Of a stretch of DNA of 64,000 nucleotides, positions 20,203 through 31,571 are shown piece after piece. The DNA comes from Thermodesulfobacteriota bacterium (GTDB lineage: Bacteria; Desulfobacterota; Desulfobulbia; Desulfobulbales; SURF-16), in NCBI GenBank assembly GCA_040755455.1, contig JBFMAY010000017.1:1-64000 (forward strand), written 5' to 3'. The translations under genes were made by a program, and so were the position numbers. Each line of letters begins with the position of its first letter. Positions within the stretch are counted from its first letter, which is position 1. The notes under the pieces are model-generated. The model was not told the DNA's origin. It saw only the letters and a program-made list of their open reading frames with translations, and ran no database searches.

Positions 20203-21180
20203 ATGAACAGATTGGTTGTCCTTGGCACTGGCTCAGCCCTGCCGGAAAGAGTGCTGTCCAATGCGGACCTGGAAAAAATGGTGGATACCACTGACGAGTG
20301 GATTACCACCCGCACGGGCATAAAAAACAGACGTATCGCCGGCCAGGGAGAGGAAACCTCCAAACTCGCCACCGCAGCCGCCGGCAGAGCGCTGGACATG
20401 GCTCAGCTGACACCTGATGATATCGACATGATTATCGTCGGCACGATTACCTCCGATATGGGCATGCCGTCATGTGCCTGCCTGGTGCAGAAAGAGCTTG
20501 GGGCGACAAACGCCTTTGCATTGGATATCAATGCCGCCTGTTCGGGTTTTGTCTATTGTCTCGATGTGGCGGATAAATATGTCAAAGCGGATCCGGACAT
20601 GAAAATTCTGGTTATCGGCGCTGAGACTTTATCGGGCCGGGTCAACTGGGAAGATCGCAACACCTGCGTCCTCTTTGGCGATGGAGCGGGGGCCTGCGTG
20701 GTTACCGGAACAACAGAGCAACGCGGCATGCTGGCCAGTAAACTCTTTTCAGACGGCAGTCTTTACAAGCTGCTCTATATGGACGGGGCGCCGAGCATGA
20801 ACAAGGATCTGTTCTGTAAGGACAATGACGGCTCCTATATCAAGATGGCCGGCCGGGATGTCTTCAAGTATGCCGTGCGCTCCATGGACGTGGCTATCCA
20901 TCATGTGCTCGACCGGGAGCAGGTCTCTGTTGATGAGGTGGCCCTGATTATTCCCCATCAGGCCAATATCCGTATCTTGAAAAGTCTGGGAGAAAGGCTC
21001 GGGGTGGCCAGTGAAAAAATCTACATAAATCTGGACAAATATGGTAATACATCGGCGGCTAGTATCCCGATAGCCTTGGATGAGGCAAATCGGCAAGGGC
21101 GTATCAATCCCGGAGATCTTGTGTTGCTCTGCGCCTTTGGCGGAGGTTTTACCTGGGGCGCCTCTTTATTTCGATGGTAG
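20203..21180 (+). CDS. fabH: 3-oxoacyl-ACP synthase III
   Basis: AACSGF, PHQANIRI, GNTSAAS, GGGFTWG. Confidence 0.96.
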   Translation: MNRLVVLGTGSALPERVLSNADLEKMVDTTDEWITTRTGIKNRRIAGQGEETSKLATAAAGRALDMAQLTPDDIDMIIVGTITSDMGMPSCACLVQKELGATNAFALDINAACSGFVYCLDVADKYVKADPDMKILVIGAETLSGRVNWEDRNTCVLFGDGAGACVVTGTTEQRGMLASKLFSDGSLYKLLYMDGAPSMNKDLFCKDNDGSYIKMAGRDVFKYAVRSMDVAIHHVLDREQVSVDEVALIIPHQANIRILKSLGERLGVASEKIYINLDKYGNTSAASIPIALDEANRQGRINPGDLVLLCAFGGGFTWGASLFRW

Positions 21181-21216
21181 AATTTTTGATGATAATTTTT
21201 TGTTGAGGAGTACGCT

Positions 21217-22365
21217 GTGGATTATTTTTTAACTGAAGAACAGCAGATGATAGTTGATCTCTCCAGGCAGATTGCCGATGAATTAATTATTCCCCAACGC
21301 GCCGCTCTCGATGAATCCGAAGAATTTCCGAAAGATATTCTTGACGCTGTTGCCAAGGCGGATCTTTTTGGTGTTTACATCCCGGAAGAATATGGCGGTT
21401 TCGGGGCAGGGACCTTTGAAATCGTTTTAGCTCTGGAACAGTTCGGCCGCGGCTGTGTCGGTGTGGCAACGGCGTTTGCCGCCAGTGCCCTTGGCGCCTT
21501 TCCCATTATGATTTCCGGCAATGAGGAAATGAAAAAGAAATATCTGCCGGATATCGCCAGCGGTTCGAAAAAAGCCGCTTTTGCCCTTACTGAGGCCAAT
21601 GCCGGCAGTGATGCCTCGGGCATCCAGACCACCGCGGTACTCGATGGTGATGAGTGGGTACTGAACGGCACCAAACAGTGGATAACCAATGCCGGCGAAG
21701 CCAAGATTTATACGGTCATCGCCATCACCGATCGGGCAAAAGGCCCGCGCGGTGCATCCATGTTTGTCGTTGAAGATTCCGATCCGGGCTTTTCCTACGG
21801 GGTCAAGGAGAAGAAACTTGGCATCCGGGCATCTTCCACCCGGGAACTTATCTTTAAAGACTGCCGTATTCCGAAAGACCGGCTCATCGGCCGGGAAGGC
21901 ACCGGCTTCATAACGGTCATGAAGACATTGGACAGATCACGTCCGGGTATCGCCATTCTCGGTGTCGGCCTTGGTCAGGCGGCCTTGGACGAGGCGGTTA
22001 CCTATGCCAAACAGCGGGTGCAGTTCGGTAAACCGATCATCTCTTTCCAGGCCGTGCAGCACATGCTTGCCGATATGGCCATCCAGCTTGAGGCTGCCCG
22101 GGCTCTGGTTTATGCCGCGGCCAAGCATATTGACGCCCATCCCAAGGATATGTCCAAGGCCTCCTCCATGTGCAAGGTGTTTGCAACCGATATGGCGATG
22201 AAGGTTACGATTGATGCGGTCCAGGTTCTCGGCGGTTATGGGTATATGCGGGATTATCCGGTTGAGAAGATGATGCGAGACGCCAAAATTCTCCAGATTT
22301 ATGAAGGAACCAACCAGATACAGCGCAACGTGGTTGGTCAGGAACTGAACAAGGAGTATACGTAA
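21217..22365 (+). CDS. Acyl-CoA dehydrogenase (Bcd/CarC-like)
   Basis: [43 protein letters not shown]. Confidence 0.93.
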   Translation: MDYFLTEEQQMIVDLSRQIADELIIPQRAALDESEEFPKDILDAVAKADLFGVYIPEEYGGFGAGTFEIVLALEQFGRGCVGVATAFAASALGAFPIMISGNEEMKKKYLPDIASGSKKAAFALTEANAGSDASGIQTTAVLDGDEWVLNGTKQWITNAGEAKIYTVIAITDRAKGPRGASMFVVEDSDPGFSYGVKEKKLGIRASSTRELIFKDCRIPKDRLIGREGTGFITVMKTLDRSRPGIAILGVGLGQAALDEAVTYAKQRVQFGKPIISFQAVQHMLADMAIQLEAARALVYAAAKHIDAHPKDMSKASSMCKVFATDMAMKVTIDAVQVLGGYGYMRDYPVEKMMRDAKILQIYEGTNQIQRNVVGQELNKEYT

Positions 22366-22370
22366 GACTG

Positions 22371-23150
22371 ATGAAGATTATAGTCTGTGTCAAACAGGTT
22401 CCGGACGCAAAAGATGTCCGTCTGGACCCCAAGACCAATACATTGTCCAGGGAAGGGGTGCAATCCATCATCAATCCCTATGACCGCCATGCCCTTGAAG
22501 AGGCTGTCCGCCTCAAGGAAAAGGTCGGCGGCACCGTGACCGTGCTGACCATGGGGCCGCCCCAGGCTGCGGAAATACTGCGTGAGTCCGTCTCCTGCGG
22601 GGCTGATGAGGCGGTGCTGGTCTCTGACCGGGCATTTGCCGGTGCCGATACCCTGGCGACGACCTACACCTTATCCCAGGCGATCAAGAAAATAGGCGGT
22701 GCTGATCTCATTTTGTGCGGCAAGCAGGCGATCGATGGCGACACCGCCCAGGTCGGGCCGGGGCTGGCGGTAAGAATGGACATTCCCTATGTCACCTGCG
22801 TTCGCAGGATTGTTGAAGCCAATGACAAGGCATTCGTTGTCGAAAGATTGATGGATGACGGCTATGATGAGGTGGAAGTTACCCTGCCGGCCCTCTTTAC
22901 CGTGGTCAAGGAAATCAATGAGCCCCGTCTTCCTTCCCTCAAAGGGAAGATGAGGGCGAAGAAGCTGGCCATAACCACCCTCAGTGCCGGGGATCTTGAT
23001 GCGGATACTGCTCAGTTGGGGCTGAAAGGTTCTCCCACCTGGGTGGTCAAAGTGTTCGCTCCCCAGCTGAAAGGTGAGCGGACCATGATTGAAGGCACGG
23101 TACAGGAACAGGTCGATCAGTTGGCTGAAAAATTGATGGAATGGTGTTAG
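22371..23150 (+). CDS. etfB: Electron transfer flavoprotein beta subunit
   Basis: CVKQVPD, NPYD, GADTLAT, GKQAIDGDTAQVGP. Confidence 0.95.
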   Translation: MKIIVCVKQVPDAKDVRLDPKTNTLSREGVQSIINPYDRHALEEAVRLKEKVGGTVTVLTMGPPQAAEILRESVSCGADEAVLVSDRAFAGADTLATTYTLSQAIKKIGGADLILCGKQAIDGDTAQVGPGLAVRMDIPYVTCVRRIVEANDKAFVVERLMDDGYDEVEVTLPALFTVVKEINEPRLPSLKGKMRAKKLAITTLSAGDLDADTAQLGLKGSPTWVVKVFAPQLKGERTMIEGTVQEQVDQLAEKLMEWC

Positions 23151-23154
23151 GGTT

Positions 23155-24351
23155 ATGTTGCTGATAGATATTGATGCCTGTATTGGTTGCGGACTCTGTG
23201 AAGAAAATTGCGCATTTGATGCAATTCATGTCGTTAACGGCATAGCCGAGGTCAATGAAAACTGTACCCTGTGCGGGGGCTGCGTTGATTACTGCGAAGC
23301 CGGGGCCTTGAAGATTGAAGGCAAAGAAGAGTGCGGGGAGAAAGATGGGCTGGCCGCCTGGTCCGGCATATGGGTATATGCCGAGTACCGCCATGGCCGC
23401 ATCGCCCCTGTTACCTATGAGCTGCTCGGCGCTGGCCGTAAACTCGCAGACCAGAAGAAGGTGCCGTTATCGGCGGTGCTCCTCACCGACAAGGCAGGAG
23501 GTATGCCGGCTCAGCTTATTTCCTATGGTGCGGACCAGGTATATGTTGTCGAAGATCATGCCCTTGCCCAATTTACCGATGAGGCCTACGGCAACGCCCT
23601 TGAAGATCTGGCCCGCCAGTATAAACCTGAAGTGATTCTTGCCGGCGCCACGGCCATCGGCCGTTCCTTTATTCCCAGAGTGGCAACATCGCTTAAAACA
23701 GGTCTCACTGCTGACTGCACGCAGCTTGATATCCAGCAGGAAGACGGTGCCCTGCTGCAGACCAGGCCGGCCTTTGGCGGCAATATCATGGCCACCATTG
23801 CCTGCCCCAATACCAGGCCGCAGATGGCAACCGTACGGCCCCTGGTGATGAAGGCCAATGCCCCTGATCCCGCCCGCAAAGGTGATGTCATTCATTACAC
23901 CATCTCACCCGACCGGCTTGCTTCCCGGGTGAAGGTGCGCAACTTTGTCGCTCTGGAAGGAGATCAGGTCAATCTCAACGAGGCTGATATTGTTGTATCA
24001 GGGGGGCGCGGCCTGGAAAGTGAAAAGGGATTTCAGATGATTGCCGAATTGGCGCACCTGCTTGACGGGGCCGTTGCTGCCTCCAGGGCGGCCGTTGACA
24101 GCGGCTGGATCCCCTATCCGCATCAGGTTGGCCAGACCGGTAAAACCGTCAGCCCCAAGGTGTATATTGCCTGCGGGATTTCCGGGGCAATCCAGCATCT
24201 CGTCGGCATGCAGTCTTCTGATACCATTATCGCTATCAACCGGGACCCGCATGCGCCCATATTTAATGTGGCCACATACGGGGTTGTCGGCGATGTTTTT
24301 GAAATTGTGCCGAAATTGATTGATAAAATAAAGCAGGTTCGGTCATCATAA
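23155..24351 (+). CDS. etfA: ETF alpha subunit with fused N-terminal 2x[4Fe-4S] ferredoxin domain (CarE-like)
   Basis: CIGCGLCEENC and CTLCGGCVDYC clusters; RPAFGGN, SGGRG, QVGQTG, GISGAIQH. Confidence 0.93.
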   Translation: MLLIDIDACIGCGLCEENCAFDAIHVVNGIAEVNENCTLCGGCVDYCEAGALKIEGKEECGEKDGLAAWSGIWVYAEYRHGRIAPVTYELLGAGRKLADQKKVPLSAVLLTDKAGGMPAQLISYGADQVYVVEDHALAQFTDEAYGNALEDLARQYKPEVILAGATAIGRSFIPRVATSLKTGLTADCTQLDIQQEDGALLQTRPAFGGNIMATIACPNTRPQMATVRPLVMKANAPDPARKGDVIHYTISPDRLASRVKVRNFVALEGDQVNLNEADIVVSGGRGLESEKGFQMIAELAHLLDGAVAASRAAVDSGWIPYPHQVGQTGKTVSPKVYIACGISGAIQHLVGMQSSDTIIAINRDPHAPIFNVATYGVVGDVFEIVPKLIDKIKQVRSS

Positions 24352-24366
24352 ATTGCAAAACCAGCT

Positions 24367-25131
24367 ATGGAAAAGAAGAACGAAATGACAATGGACGGAA
24401 AAATTGCAGTGGTCACCGGAGGAAGCCGCGGAATCGGTAAAGCTATCTGTTTACACCTTGCCCGGATGGGTGCCACTGTGGTAGTCAACTATGTAAGCCG
24501 GCCCGATGCTGCTGAAGCGACTGTGGCCTCGATCAAAGAAGCGGGCGGCAATGCTGCCGTCTGCCAGTTCAACGTTGCCGACGCCGAGCAGGTGCAAGCA
24601 GCTTTTAAAAAGATACTGGCTGATTTCGGTCGGGTTGATATTCTTGTCAACAATGCGGGGATAACCCGTGATGGCCTCATTGCCATGATGAAGGAACAGG
24701 CATGGGATGAGGTTATTGACACCAATCTCAAAGGCGCTTTCAATTGTATCAAGGCGGTAAGCCGTCCGATGATGAAACAGCGCTGGGGACGGATTGTTTC
24801 GATTACGTCAGTAATCGGTTTTGCCGGCAATGCCGGACAGGCCAACTATGCGGCGGCCAAGGCGGGGATGGTCGGTTTGACCCGTTCCGTGGCCAAGGAA
24901 CTCGCATCCCGTGGGGTGACTGTCAATGGTGTTGCTCCCGGTTATATTGATACCGATATGACCAAGGAGCTTGCTGAAGAGGTAACTGAAAAAATCAAAG
25001 CGGAAATCCCCATGAATTCTTTAGGTACTGTTGAAGATGTGGCTGCTGCCGTTGCTTATCTGGTTTCAGAAGAGGCCCGTTATGTCACCGGTCAGTTTAT
25101 CCATGTTAATGGCGGGATGTTCATGGGATAG
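24367..25131 (+). CDS. fabG: 3-oxoacyl-ACP reductase
   Basis: TGGSRGIG, NNAGITRD, YAAAK, NGGM. Confidence 0.96.
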   Translation: MEKKNEMTMDGKIAVVTGGSRGIGKAICLHLARMGATVVVNYVSRPDAAEATVASIKEAGGNAAVCQFNVADAEQVQAAFKKILADFGRVDILVNNAGITRDGLIAMMKEQAWDEVIDTNLKGAFNCIKAVSRPMMKQRWGRIVSITSVIGFAGNAGQANYAAAKAGMVGLTRSVAKELASRGVTVNGVAPGYIDTDMTKELAEEVTEKIKAEIPMNSLGTVEDVAAAVAYLVSEEARYVTGQFIHVNGGMFMG

Positions 25132-25207
25132 GGGAAAAAGAGCGTAGGAGTCCACTGGTGCTCTTACGGGCAACAGGTAGGGTGTAAGGAAAAAGAAGGA
25201 GAAAATC

Positions 25208-25438
25208 ATGTCTAAAGAAGAAAAACTTATTGATATTATTGTTGAGCAGCTCAGTGTTGATAAAGCAAAAGTAGTTCCCGCCGCCTCTTTCGTTGATGAT
25301 CTCGGGGCAGACTCACTTGATCTTGTCGAGCTCATTATGGCAATGGAAGAGGCTTTTGATACCGAGATCCCGGATGACGTAGCTGAGAAAATTACAACTG
25401 TTCAGCATGCGATCGATCACATTAACTCCTTGAAATAA
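25208..25438 (+). CDS. acpP: Acyl carrier protein
   Basis: [15 protein letters not shown]. Confidence 0.97.
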   Translation: MSKEEKLIDIIVEQLSVDKAKVVPAASFVDDLGADSLDLVELIMAMEEAFDTEIPDDVAEKITTVQHAIDHINSLK

Positions 25439-25529
25439 TAGGACCTATATTGCGCGACATGCTTCATGATCGTGTCATGTGCGACCATATTTCAGGGTTT
25501 GGTAAAGTCTCAAGCTTTCGAGGTTGCCA

Positions 25530-26771
25530 ATGGCTAGAAGAGTAGTAGTTACCGGTGTTGGTCTCGTTACCCCGCTGGGTACTGGAAATGAGAAAACATG
25601 GAATGGACTCTGTGCCGGCAAGAGCGGTATCGGTCCGATCACCCGCTTTGATACCAGCGACCATGCAGTCAGGATTGCGGCGGAGGTCAAGGATTTCATT
25701 GCCGAGGATTTCATTGACCCGAAAACGGCTAAACACCTGGATCTCTTTGTGCAATATGCTGTTGCTGCGGCAGAGATGGCATTCACCGATTCAGGGTTTG
25801 CCGTGACGGAAGAAAATGCCCCTCGGGTTGGGGTCATTACCGGTTGCGGTCTCGGGGGCTTGTCCACCATTGAGAAATATCATCAGGTTTGTCTTGAACG
25901 CGGGCCGAAACGCATTACCCCGTTTTTCATTCCCATGGTTATCCCGAACATGGGGGCCGGGCAGATCTCCATCTTGAAAAAGATCAAGGGACCCAATCTG
26001 TCAGTGACAACCGCCTGCGCGGCCGGAACCCATGCGGTGGGCGAGGCCTTCCGCATGATCAGCGCAGGCGACTGCGACGTGGCCGTAACCGGCGGCAGCG
26101 AATCGGTTATCTGCCCCCTGGCTGTTGGGGGATTCGCCGCGATGAAGGCCCTTTCCAGAAGTAATGATTTTCCGGAGAAGGCCTCCCGGCCCTTTGACCG
26201 GGACCGTGACGGTTTCATCATCGCTGAGGGCGCAGGAATTCTTATTTTAGAGGAACTTGGCCATGCCAAGGCAAGGGGGGCCCGCATCTATGCCGAAATG
26301 GCGGGTTACGGTCTTTCCGGGGACGGATTCCATATGGCTGCTCCTCCTGAAGATGGCGACGGCGCAGTGCGCTGTATGAAAATGGCCCTGGCCGATGCGG
26401 GCATGAATGGTGACGAAATCGATTACATCAATGCCCATGGCACCTCAACGCCTTTGAATGATGTTGTCGAGACGCGGGCCATCAAGAGTGTTTTTGGTGA
26501 TCATGCCAAGAAACTCGCCATCAGTTCGACAAAATCCATGACCGGCCATATGCTGGGCGGGGCAGGCGGTATTGAAGCCGTTTTTACGGCTCTGTCTCTG
26601 CATCATCAAGTCGTTCCACCCACGGCAAATCTTGAAAATCCGGATGACGAGTGCGATCTTGATTATGTGCCGGGCAGTGCCCGTGACATGAAAATCCGGG
26701 CGGCCATGTCCAATTCCTTTGGATTCGGCGGCACCAATGCCGTCATTATCATGAAACGCTTTGAGGGTTAG
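25530..26771 (+). CDS. fabF: 3-oxoacyl-ACP synthase II
   Basis: RRVVVTG, TACAAG, NAHGTST, GHMLG, NSFGFGG. Confidence 0.97.
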   Translation: MARRVVVTGVGLVTPLGTGNEKTWNGLCAGKSGIGPITRFDTSDHAVRIAAEVKDFIAEDFIDPKTAKHLDLFVQYAVAAAEMAFTDSGFAVTEENAPRVGVITGCGLGGLSTIEKYHQVCLERGPKRITPFFIPMVIPNMGAGQISILKKIKGPNLSVTTACAAGTHAVGEAFRMISAGDCDVAVTGGSESVICPLAVGGFAAMKALSRSNDFPEKASRPFDRDRDGFIIAEGAGILILEELGHAKARGARIYAEMAGYGLSGDGFHMAAPPEDGDGAVRCMKMALADAGMNGDEIDYINAHGTSTPLNDVVETRAIKSVFGDHAKKLAISSTKSMTGHMLGGAGGIEAVFTALSLHHQVVPPTANLENPDDECDLDYVPGSARDMKIRAAMSNSFGFGGTNAVIIMKRFEG

Positions 26772-26773
26772 AT

Positions 26774-27196
26774 GTGAAGATTGCCATCGGCTGTGATCAC
26801 GGCGGTATTGCCTTAAAAGAGGTTATTCTTCCTCTGCTGGCAGAATTGGGACATGAGGTAAATGATCAGGGTACCGACTCGACCCTCTCCGTCGATTATC
26901 CGCAATATGCCAAAGCCGTCTGTGATCTGGTGGCGGACAATACCTGTGACCGCGGCATTCTTATCTGCGGCACCGGCATCGGCATGTCCATGGCCGCCAA
27001 CCGCAATAAGAAAATCAGGGCTGCCTTGTGCAGCGATATGTATTCGGCCCGTATGAGCCGGGAACACAATAATGCCAATGTGTTATGTCTCGGGGCCAGG
27101 GTCATCGGGCCGGGCCTTGCTGAGGAAATTGTCCGTATCTGGCTTACCACCGACTTTGCCGGGGATCGTCATCTGCGCCGTATTGAGATGTTTTAA
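26774..27196 (+). CDS. rpiB: Ribose-5-phosphate isomerase B
   Basis: GCDHGG, CGTGIG, HNNANVL. Confidence 0.95.
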   Translation: MKIAIGCDHGGIALKEVILPLLAELGHEVNDQGTDSTLSVDYPQYAKAVCDLVADNTCDRGILICGTGIGMSMAANRNKKIRAALCSDMYSARMSREHNNANVLCLGARVIGPGLAEEIVRIWLTTDFAGDRHLRRIEMF

Positions 27197-27274
27197 TTAT
27201 TAACCAGCGGGAACAGCCGCAAGCACCTGCAAGCTGACGAAGCGCCATTGCATAATTCTCCGGGACGGCAAGGC

Positions 27275-27312
27275 AACTCATGCGGCAACACATAACCCCG
27301 CATGAGTTTTTT
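27275..27312 (+). terminator. Intrinsic terminator between rpiB and glyA
   Basis: AACTCATGCGG / CCGCATGAGTT stem followed by a T run. Confidence 0.6.
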
Positions 27313-27343
27313 GCAACATTTAGCTAATCTATAGAGTAACTGT

Positions 27344-28600
27344 ATGTCATCATTAAAACAAGCAGACCCGGCTGTTTATCGAGCCATCAGATATGAACTT
27401 GAACGGCAGACCAACCAGCTTGAGCTGATCGCCTCTGAAAATATCGTCAGCATGGCTGTTCTTGAGGCCCAGGGTTCCATTTTCACCAACAAATACGCGG
27501 AAGGCTACCCGAGCAAGCGATATTATGGTGGTTGCGAGTATGCCGACGAGATTGAGTCACTGGCTATTTGCCGGGCCAAGGAAATTTTCGGGGCCGAATA
27601 TGCCAATGTGCAGCCCCATTCCGGCAGTCAGGCCAATATGGCTGTCTATTTTGCCACGCTCAAGCCCGGCGATAAGGTATTGGGTATGGATCTGGCCCAT
27701 GGCGGTCATCTGACCCACGGCAGCAGCGTCAATTTTTCCGGACAGCTTTATGATTTCGTCTCCTATGGGGTCAAAAAGGAAACCGGCCAGATTGACATGG
27801 AAGAGGTGGAGCGCATCGCCCTTGCCGAAAAACCGAGGATGATCGTCGCCGGGGCAAGCGCCTATCCCCGGGTGATTGATTTTGAGGGATTCCGCAGGAT
27901 TGCTGATAAGATTGATGCCTTTTTCATGGTGGACATGGCCCATATCGCCGGCCTGGTGGCGGCCGGCATCCATCCATCACCGGTGCCCCATGCCCATTTT
28001 GTCACCACCACCACCCATAAGACCATGCGTGGTCCCCGGGGCGGTTTGATCCTGGCCAAGGGCGAGTTTGATAAAAAACTCAACAGCAAGATATTCCCAG
28101 GCATTCAGGGTGGACCGCTGGTGCATGTTATTGCCGCCAAGGCTGTAAGCTTCAAGGAGGCCATGACTGAAGAATTTAAAATCTATCAGGACCAGGTGGT
28201 TAAAAATGCCAGAGCGCTGGCGGAAAATCTGCAGAAATTCGGTTTCCGGCTCGTCTCCGGCGGCACGGACAACCATCTGATGCTGGTCGACTTAAATAAC
28301 AAGGACATTACTGGCAAACTTGCCGAGGAGGCCCTGGAAAGCGCTGGTCTTACGGTCAACAAGAATGCCATACCTTTTGACACCCAGAGCCGCTTCGTCA
28401 CGGGCGGTATCCGCATCGGCACCCCATCGGTGACAACCAGGGGGTTGAAAGAGCCTGAAATGGCAAAAATTGCCGATTGGATCAACCGGGCCATTGTCAA
28501 CCGCGACAGCAAGGAGGCACTGGCTGCCATCCGGCTTGAAGTGCGGATGTTATGTGATGCGTTCCCCCTGTATCCTGACTTAGTGCGTGATGATGATTAA
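27344..28600 (+). CDS. glyA: Serine hydroxymethyltransferase
   Basis: [34 protein letters not shown]. Confidence 0.98.
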   Translation: MSSLKQADPAVYRAIRYELERQTNQLELIASENIVSMAVLEAQGSIFTNKYAEGYPSKRYYGGCEYADEIESLAICRAKEIFGAEYANVQPHSGSQANMAVYFATLKPGDKVLGMDLAHGGHLTHGSSVNFSGQLYDFVSYGVKKETGQIDMEEVERIALAEKPRMIVAGASAYPRVIDFEGFRRIADKIDAFFMVDMAHIAGLVAAGIHPSPVPHAHFVTTTTHKTMRGPRGGLILAKGEFDKKLNSKIFPGIQGGPLVHVIAAKAVSFKEAMTEEFKIYQDQVVKNARALAENLQKFGFRLVSGGTDNHLMLVDLNNKDITGKLAEEALESAGLTVNKNAIPFDTQSRFVTGGIRIGTPSVTTRGLKEPEMAKIADWINRAIVNRDSKEALAAIRLEVRMLCDAFPLYPDLVRDDD

Positions 28601-29072
28601 TACCGTCCAGCGCCCGTCATGGTCTGAATATTTTCTTTCCATTACGGAACTTGTCGCCCAGCGGTCAACCTGTATCCGGCGCAAGGTCGGCGCAATCCTG
28701 GTGCGGGACAAACGCATCATCGCCACTGGTTATAATGGTGCACCCACCAAGGTCCGGCATTGCCTTGAAGTAGGTTGTCTGCGTGACCAGCAGAACATCC
28801 CCTCCGGCGAGCGCCATGAATTATGCAGAGGGCTGCATGCCGAGCAGAATGCCATTATTCAGGCGGCACTGCATGGCGTCAGCGTGGAAAATTCCACCGT
28901 TTACTGTACGAATATGCCCTGCTCGATATGCAGCAAGATGCTGATCAATGCCCGGGTCAAGGCCATCTACTATAAGGAGGGCTATGCTGACACCCTGGCC
29001 GCCTCAATGCTGGCCGAAGCCGGCATTCCGCTTATTCAGATGGAAAACGCTGCAGACAACGGGGTTAAATAG
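28587..29072 (+). CDS. dCMP deaminase / ComEB-family zinc deaminase
   Basis: [22 protein letters not shown]. Confidence 0.9.
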   Translation: MMMINTVQRPSWSEYFLSITELVAQRSTCIRRKVGAILVRDKRIIATGYNGAPTKVRHCLEVGCLRDQQNIPSGERHELCRGLHAEQNAIIQAALHGVSVENSTVYCTNMPCSICSKMLINARVKAIYYKEGYADTLAASMLAEAGIPLIQMENAADNGVK

Positions 29073-29162
29073 ACAGGGAATCATTCCCTTGCCTTGGCCA
29101 CAGAGATGCTGTTATCTCTTTGTGGCCTTTGTTTCATTGAAGAGATTATTGCAGGCTGAAAA

Positions 29163-29642
29163 ATGAAATGTCCCTACTGTGGCCATCTTGAAAACAAGGT
29201 GGTTGATTCCCGCCTCAATAAAGACTACACGATAACCCGTCGCCGCCGTCTGTGCGATTCCTGCGGCAGGCGTTTCACCACCTACGAGCGCCTGGAGGTG
29301 ACCATGCCCATGCTCATCAAAAAAGATGACCGCCGTGAAGCATGGGACCGTTCAAAGGTGGTTTCCGGTCTGAAAAAGGCGTGCGAAAAGAGACCGGTCA
29401 GCATGACCCAGATCGAAGAATTTGTGGATAATCTTGAAAGGGAATTGCAGGACATGGGAGAGAGGGAAATCCCGGTCCGTATTGTCGGCGCCCGGGTAAT
29501 GGACGCCCTGCGCAACATCGATGAGGTGGCCTATGTCCGCTTTGCCTCGGTTTACCGGCAGTTCAAGGATTTAAATGAGTTCATGGAGGAACTGAAGGGT
29601 CTGCTTGGCGGCCGGGAAAATGAAAAGAGTGAAGGATCCTGA
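29163..29642 (+). CDS. nrdR: Transcriptional repressor NrdR
   Basis: [22 protein letters not shown]. Confidence 0.97.
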   Translation: MKCPYCGHLENKVVDSRLNKDYTITRRRRLCDSCGRRFTTYERLEVTMPMLIKKDDRREAWDRSKVVSGLKKACEKRPVSMTQIEEFVDNLERELQDMGEREIPVRIVGARVMDALRNIDEVAYVRFASVYRQFKDLNEFMEELKGLLGGRENEKSEGS

Positions 29643-30735
29643 TCTTGTCTTTATGAGAATGGCCCTGCGGGAGGCACGCAAGGGTCTGGGCAGGACCTCT
29701 CCCAATCCAGCTGTCGGATCGATAGTGGTGCGGGACGGCAAGGTGATCGGCAGAGGTTATCATAAAAAGGCAGGCACGCCCCATGCCGAGGTCCACGCCC
29801 TGAGAGCGGCCGGGGAAGATGCCCGGGGGGCGACCCTTTACGTCACGCTTGAGCCCTGCAACCACACCGGCCGCACCCCGCCCTGCACCCGTGCCATACT
29901 TGCATCCGGCATCAGGCGGGTGGTGGTCGGCATGATTGACCCGAATCCACTGGTCGCCGGGTCAGGCTGCGCCTTGCTGCAGGACAATGGGATCGAGGTC
30001 AGGGCCGGGGTGCTGGCCGATGAATGCCGGGAGTTGAATTACCCTTTCATCAAACATATTACCACCGGCCTGCCCTGGGTGATCATGAAGGCAGGCTGCA
30101 GTCTTGACGGCAGGATTGCGGCGGCTGACGGCCGGAGCAGCTGGATTACCTGCGCAAAATCAAGGGCGGAGGTGCATCGCCTCCGCGACCGGGTTGACGC
30201 GATTCTCATCGGAGCGGGTACGGCCCTGGCCGATGACCCCTCGCTCACCACCAGATTACAGGGAAAAGTAGGGAAAGACCCTTTACGGGTGGTGCTGGAC
30301 GGCAAGCTCCGTCTTGCCCCCGCTGCCAGGATGCTCAGGCAGCAGTCCACCGCGCCAACCTGGATCTTCTGCTCTCACCAGGCAGATCCGGCTAAGGTCA
30401 AGGCCCTGGAACAAGCGGGAGCAAAAATCATCCGGGTTGACTGCGGCCAGGACGGCTATCTTGACCTGCTGCAGGTGCTGCAGTTTTTAGGTGCGGCCCA
30501 GATAAACAGCCTGCTGGTGGAAGGCGGCAGCCAGGTGCACGGCTCATTTCTGCGGGCTGGGTTAGTGGATCAGGTCTGTCTTTTCCTGGCCCCTCTTTTT
30601 CTTGGAGGGGACGCCGTGCCGGTGGTCGACAGTCTCAAGCTTGCCGGGGTGCAGGAGGCCAAAAGATTTGTCACCCGCCGCATCAGACGTTTTGATGACG
30701 ATGTGTTGATAGATGGCTTGTTTATCGGGAACTGA
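29620..30735 (+). CDS. ribD: Riboflavin biosynthesis deaminase/reductase
   Basis: [32 protein letters not shown]. Confidence 0.95.
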   Translation: MKRVKDPDLVFMRMALREARKGLGRTSPNPAVGSIVVRDGKVIGRGYHKKAGTPHAEVHALRAAGEDARGATLYVTLEPCNHTGRTPPCTRAILASGIRRVVVGMIDPNPLVAGSGCALLQDNGIEVRAGVLADECRELNYPFIKHITTGLPWVIMKAGCSLDGRIAAADGRSSWITCAKSRAEVHRLRDRVDAILIGAGTALADDPSLTTRLQGKVGKDPLRVVLDGKLRLAPAARMLRQQSTAPTWIFCSHQADPAKVKALEQAGAKIIRVDCGQDGYLDLLQVLQFLGAAQINSLLVEGGSQVHGSFLRAGLVDQVCLFLAPLFLGGDAVPVVDSLKLAGVQEAKRFVTRRIRRFDDDVLIDGLFIGN

Positions 30736-30792
30736 CAGGCTTTTCTCCGGCCATGTACCCAGCTGAATGAATAAAAAACTTTACGTGACGCA

Positions 30793-31452
30793 ATGTTTAC
30801 AGGAATTATCCAGGGCAAAGGCAAACTCATCGAAAAAAGGCCGGCAGGCGGCGGCATGGTTTTCGGCGTGGAAGCGGATTTTGACCTCACTGAGCCGGCG
30901 GAAGGCGAGTCCATCGCCTGCAACGGCGTCTGTCTGACCGCCAAAAAGATTACGGGGAGGCGTTTTGAGGTGGATGTATCGCCGGAAAGCCTGTCCCGCA
31001 CCAATCTCGGTAGTATCGCCGTAGGCCAGAGGATGAATCTTGAGCGGGCACTGCGGTTAAGTGATCGGCTTGGCGGCCATCTGGTCAGCGGCCACGTCGA
31101 TGCCACCACGAAGGTTTTGGAAATACAACCTGAGGGTGATTTCGTTCGCTTCCATTTTGCCGTCCCAAAAGGATTAGGCCGCTATATTATTGAAAAAGGT
31201 TCCATCACCATCAATGGCATCAGCCTCACGGTAAATTACTGTGATGACCGCACCTTTGCGGTGGCCATCATTCCCCACACCCTGCAGGTCACCACCTTGG
31301 GCTTGTTGAAACAGGGTGATCTGGTGAACATCGAGGTTGACCTGATCGGTAAATATGTGGAAAAGCTGCTGCAGGTAAAAGAGAACGAGGACAGGCCGCA
31401 CGGGTCGCGCATTAATCCCGCTTTTCTGGCCGAGCATGGTTTTTTGAAATAA
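30793..31452 (+). CDS. ribE: Riboflavin synthase (alpha chain)
   Basis: MFTGII, GVCLT, GGHLVSGHVD. Confidence 0.96.
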   Translation: MFTGIIQGKGKLIEKRPAGGGMVFGVEADFDLTEPAEGESIACNGVCLTAKKITGRRFEVDVSPESLSRTNLGSIAVGQRMNLERALRLSDRLGGHLVSGHVDATTKVLEIQPEGDFVRFHFAVPKGLGRYIIEKGSITINGISLTVNYCDDRTFAVAIIPHTLQVTTLGLLKQGDLVNIEVDLIGKYVEKLLQVKENEDRPHGSRINPAFLAEHGFLK

Positions 31453-31571
31453 TCTTGTTTTTCTTGGTAACAGATCTGGATTAAATTGCAAAGATACTTA
31501 CAGTACCCCTTAATTTACACGATCTTGATATTAATCTTTCATATCCGGCCCGGCCGGAGCAGGTGAAGAAT

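Noticed and set aside
27197..27343. ZTP or glycine riboswitch upstream of glyA
   Set aside because: A terminator hairpin is present, but no recognisable aptamer consensus.
29073..31571. FMN riboswitch at the rib genes
   Set aside because: Intergenic gaps are short or overlapping and no RFN consensus was seen.
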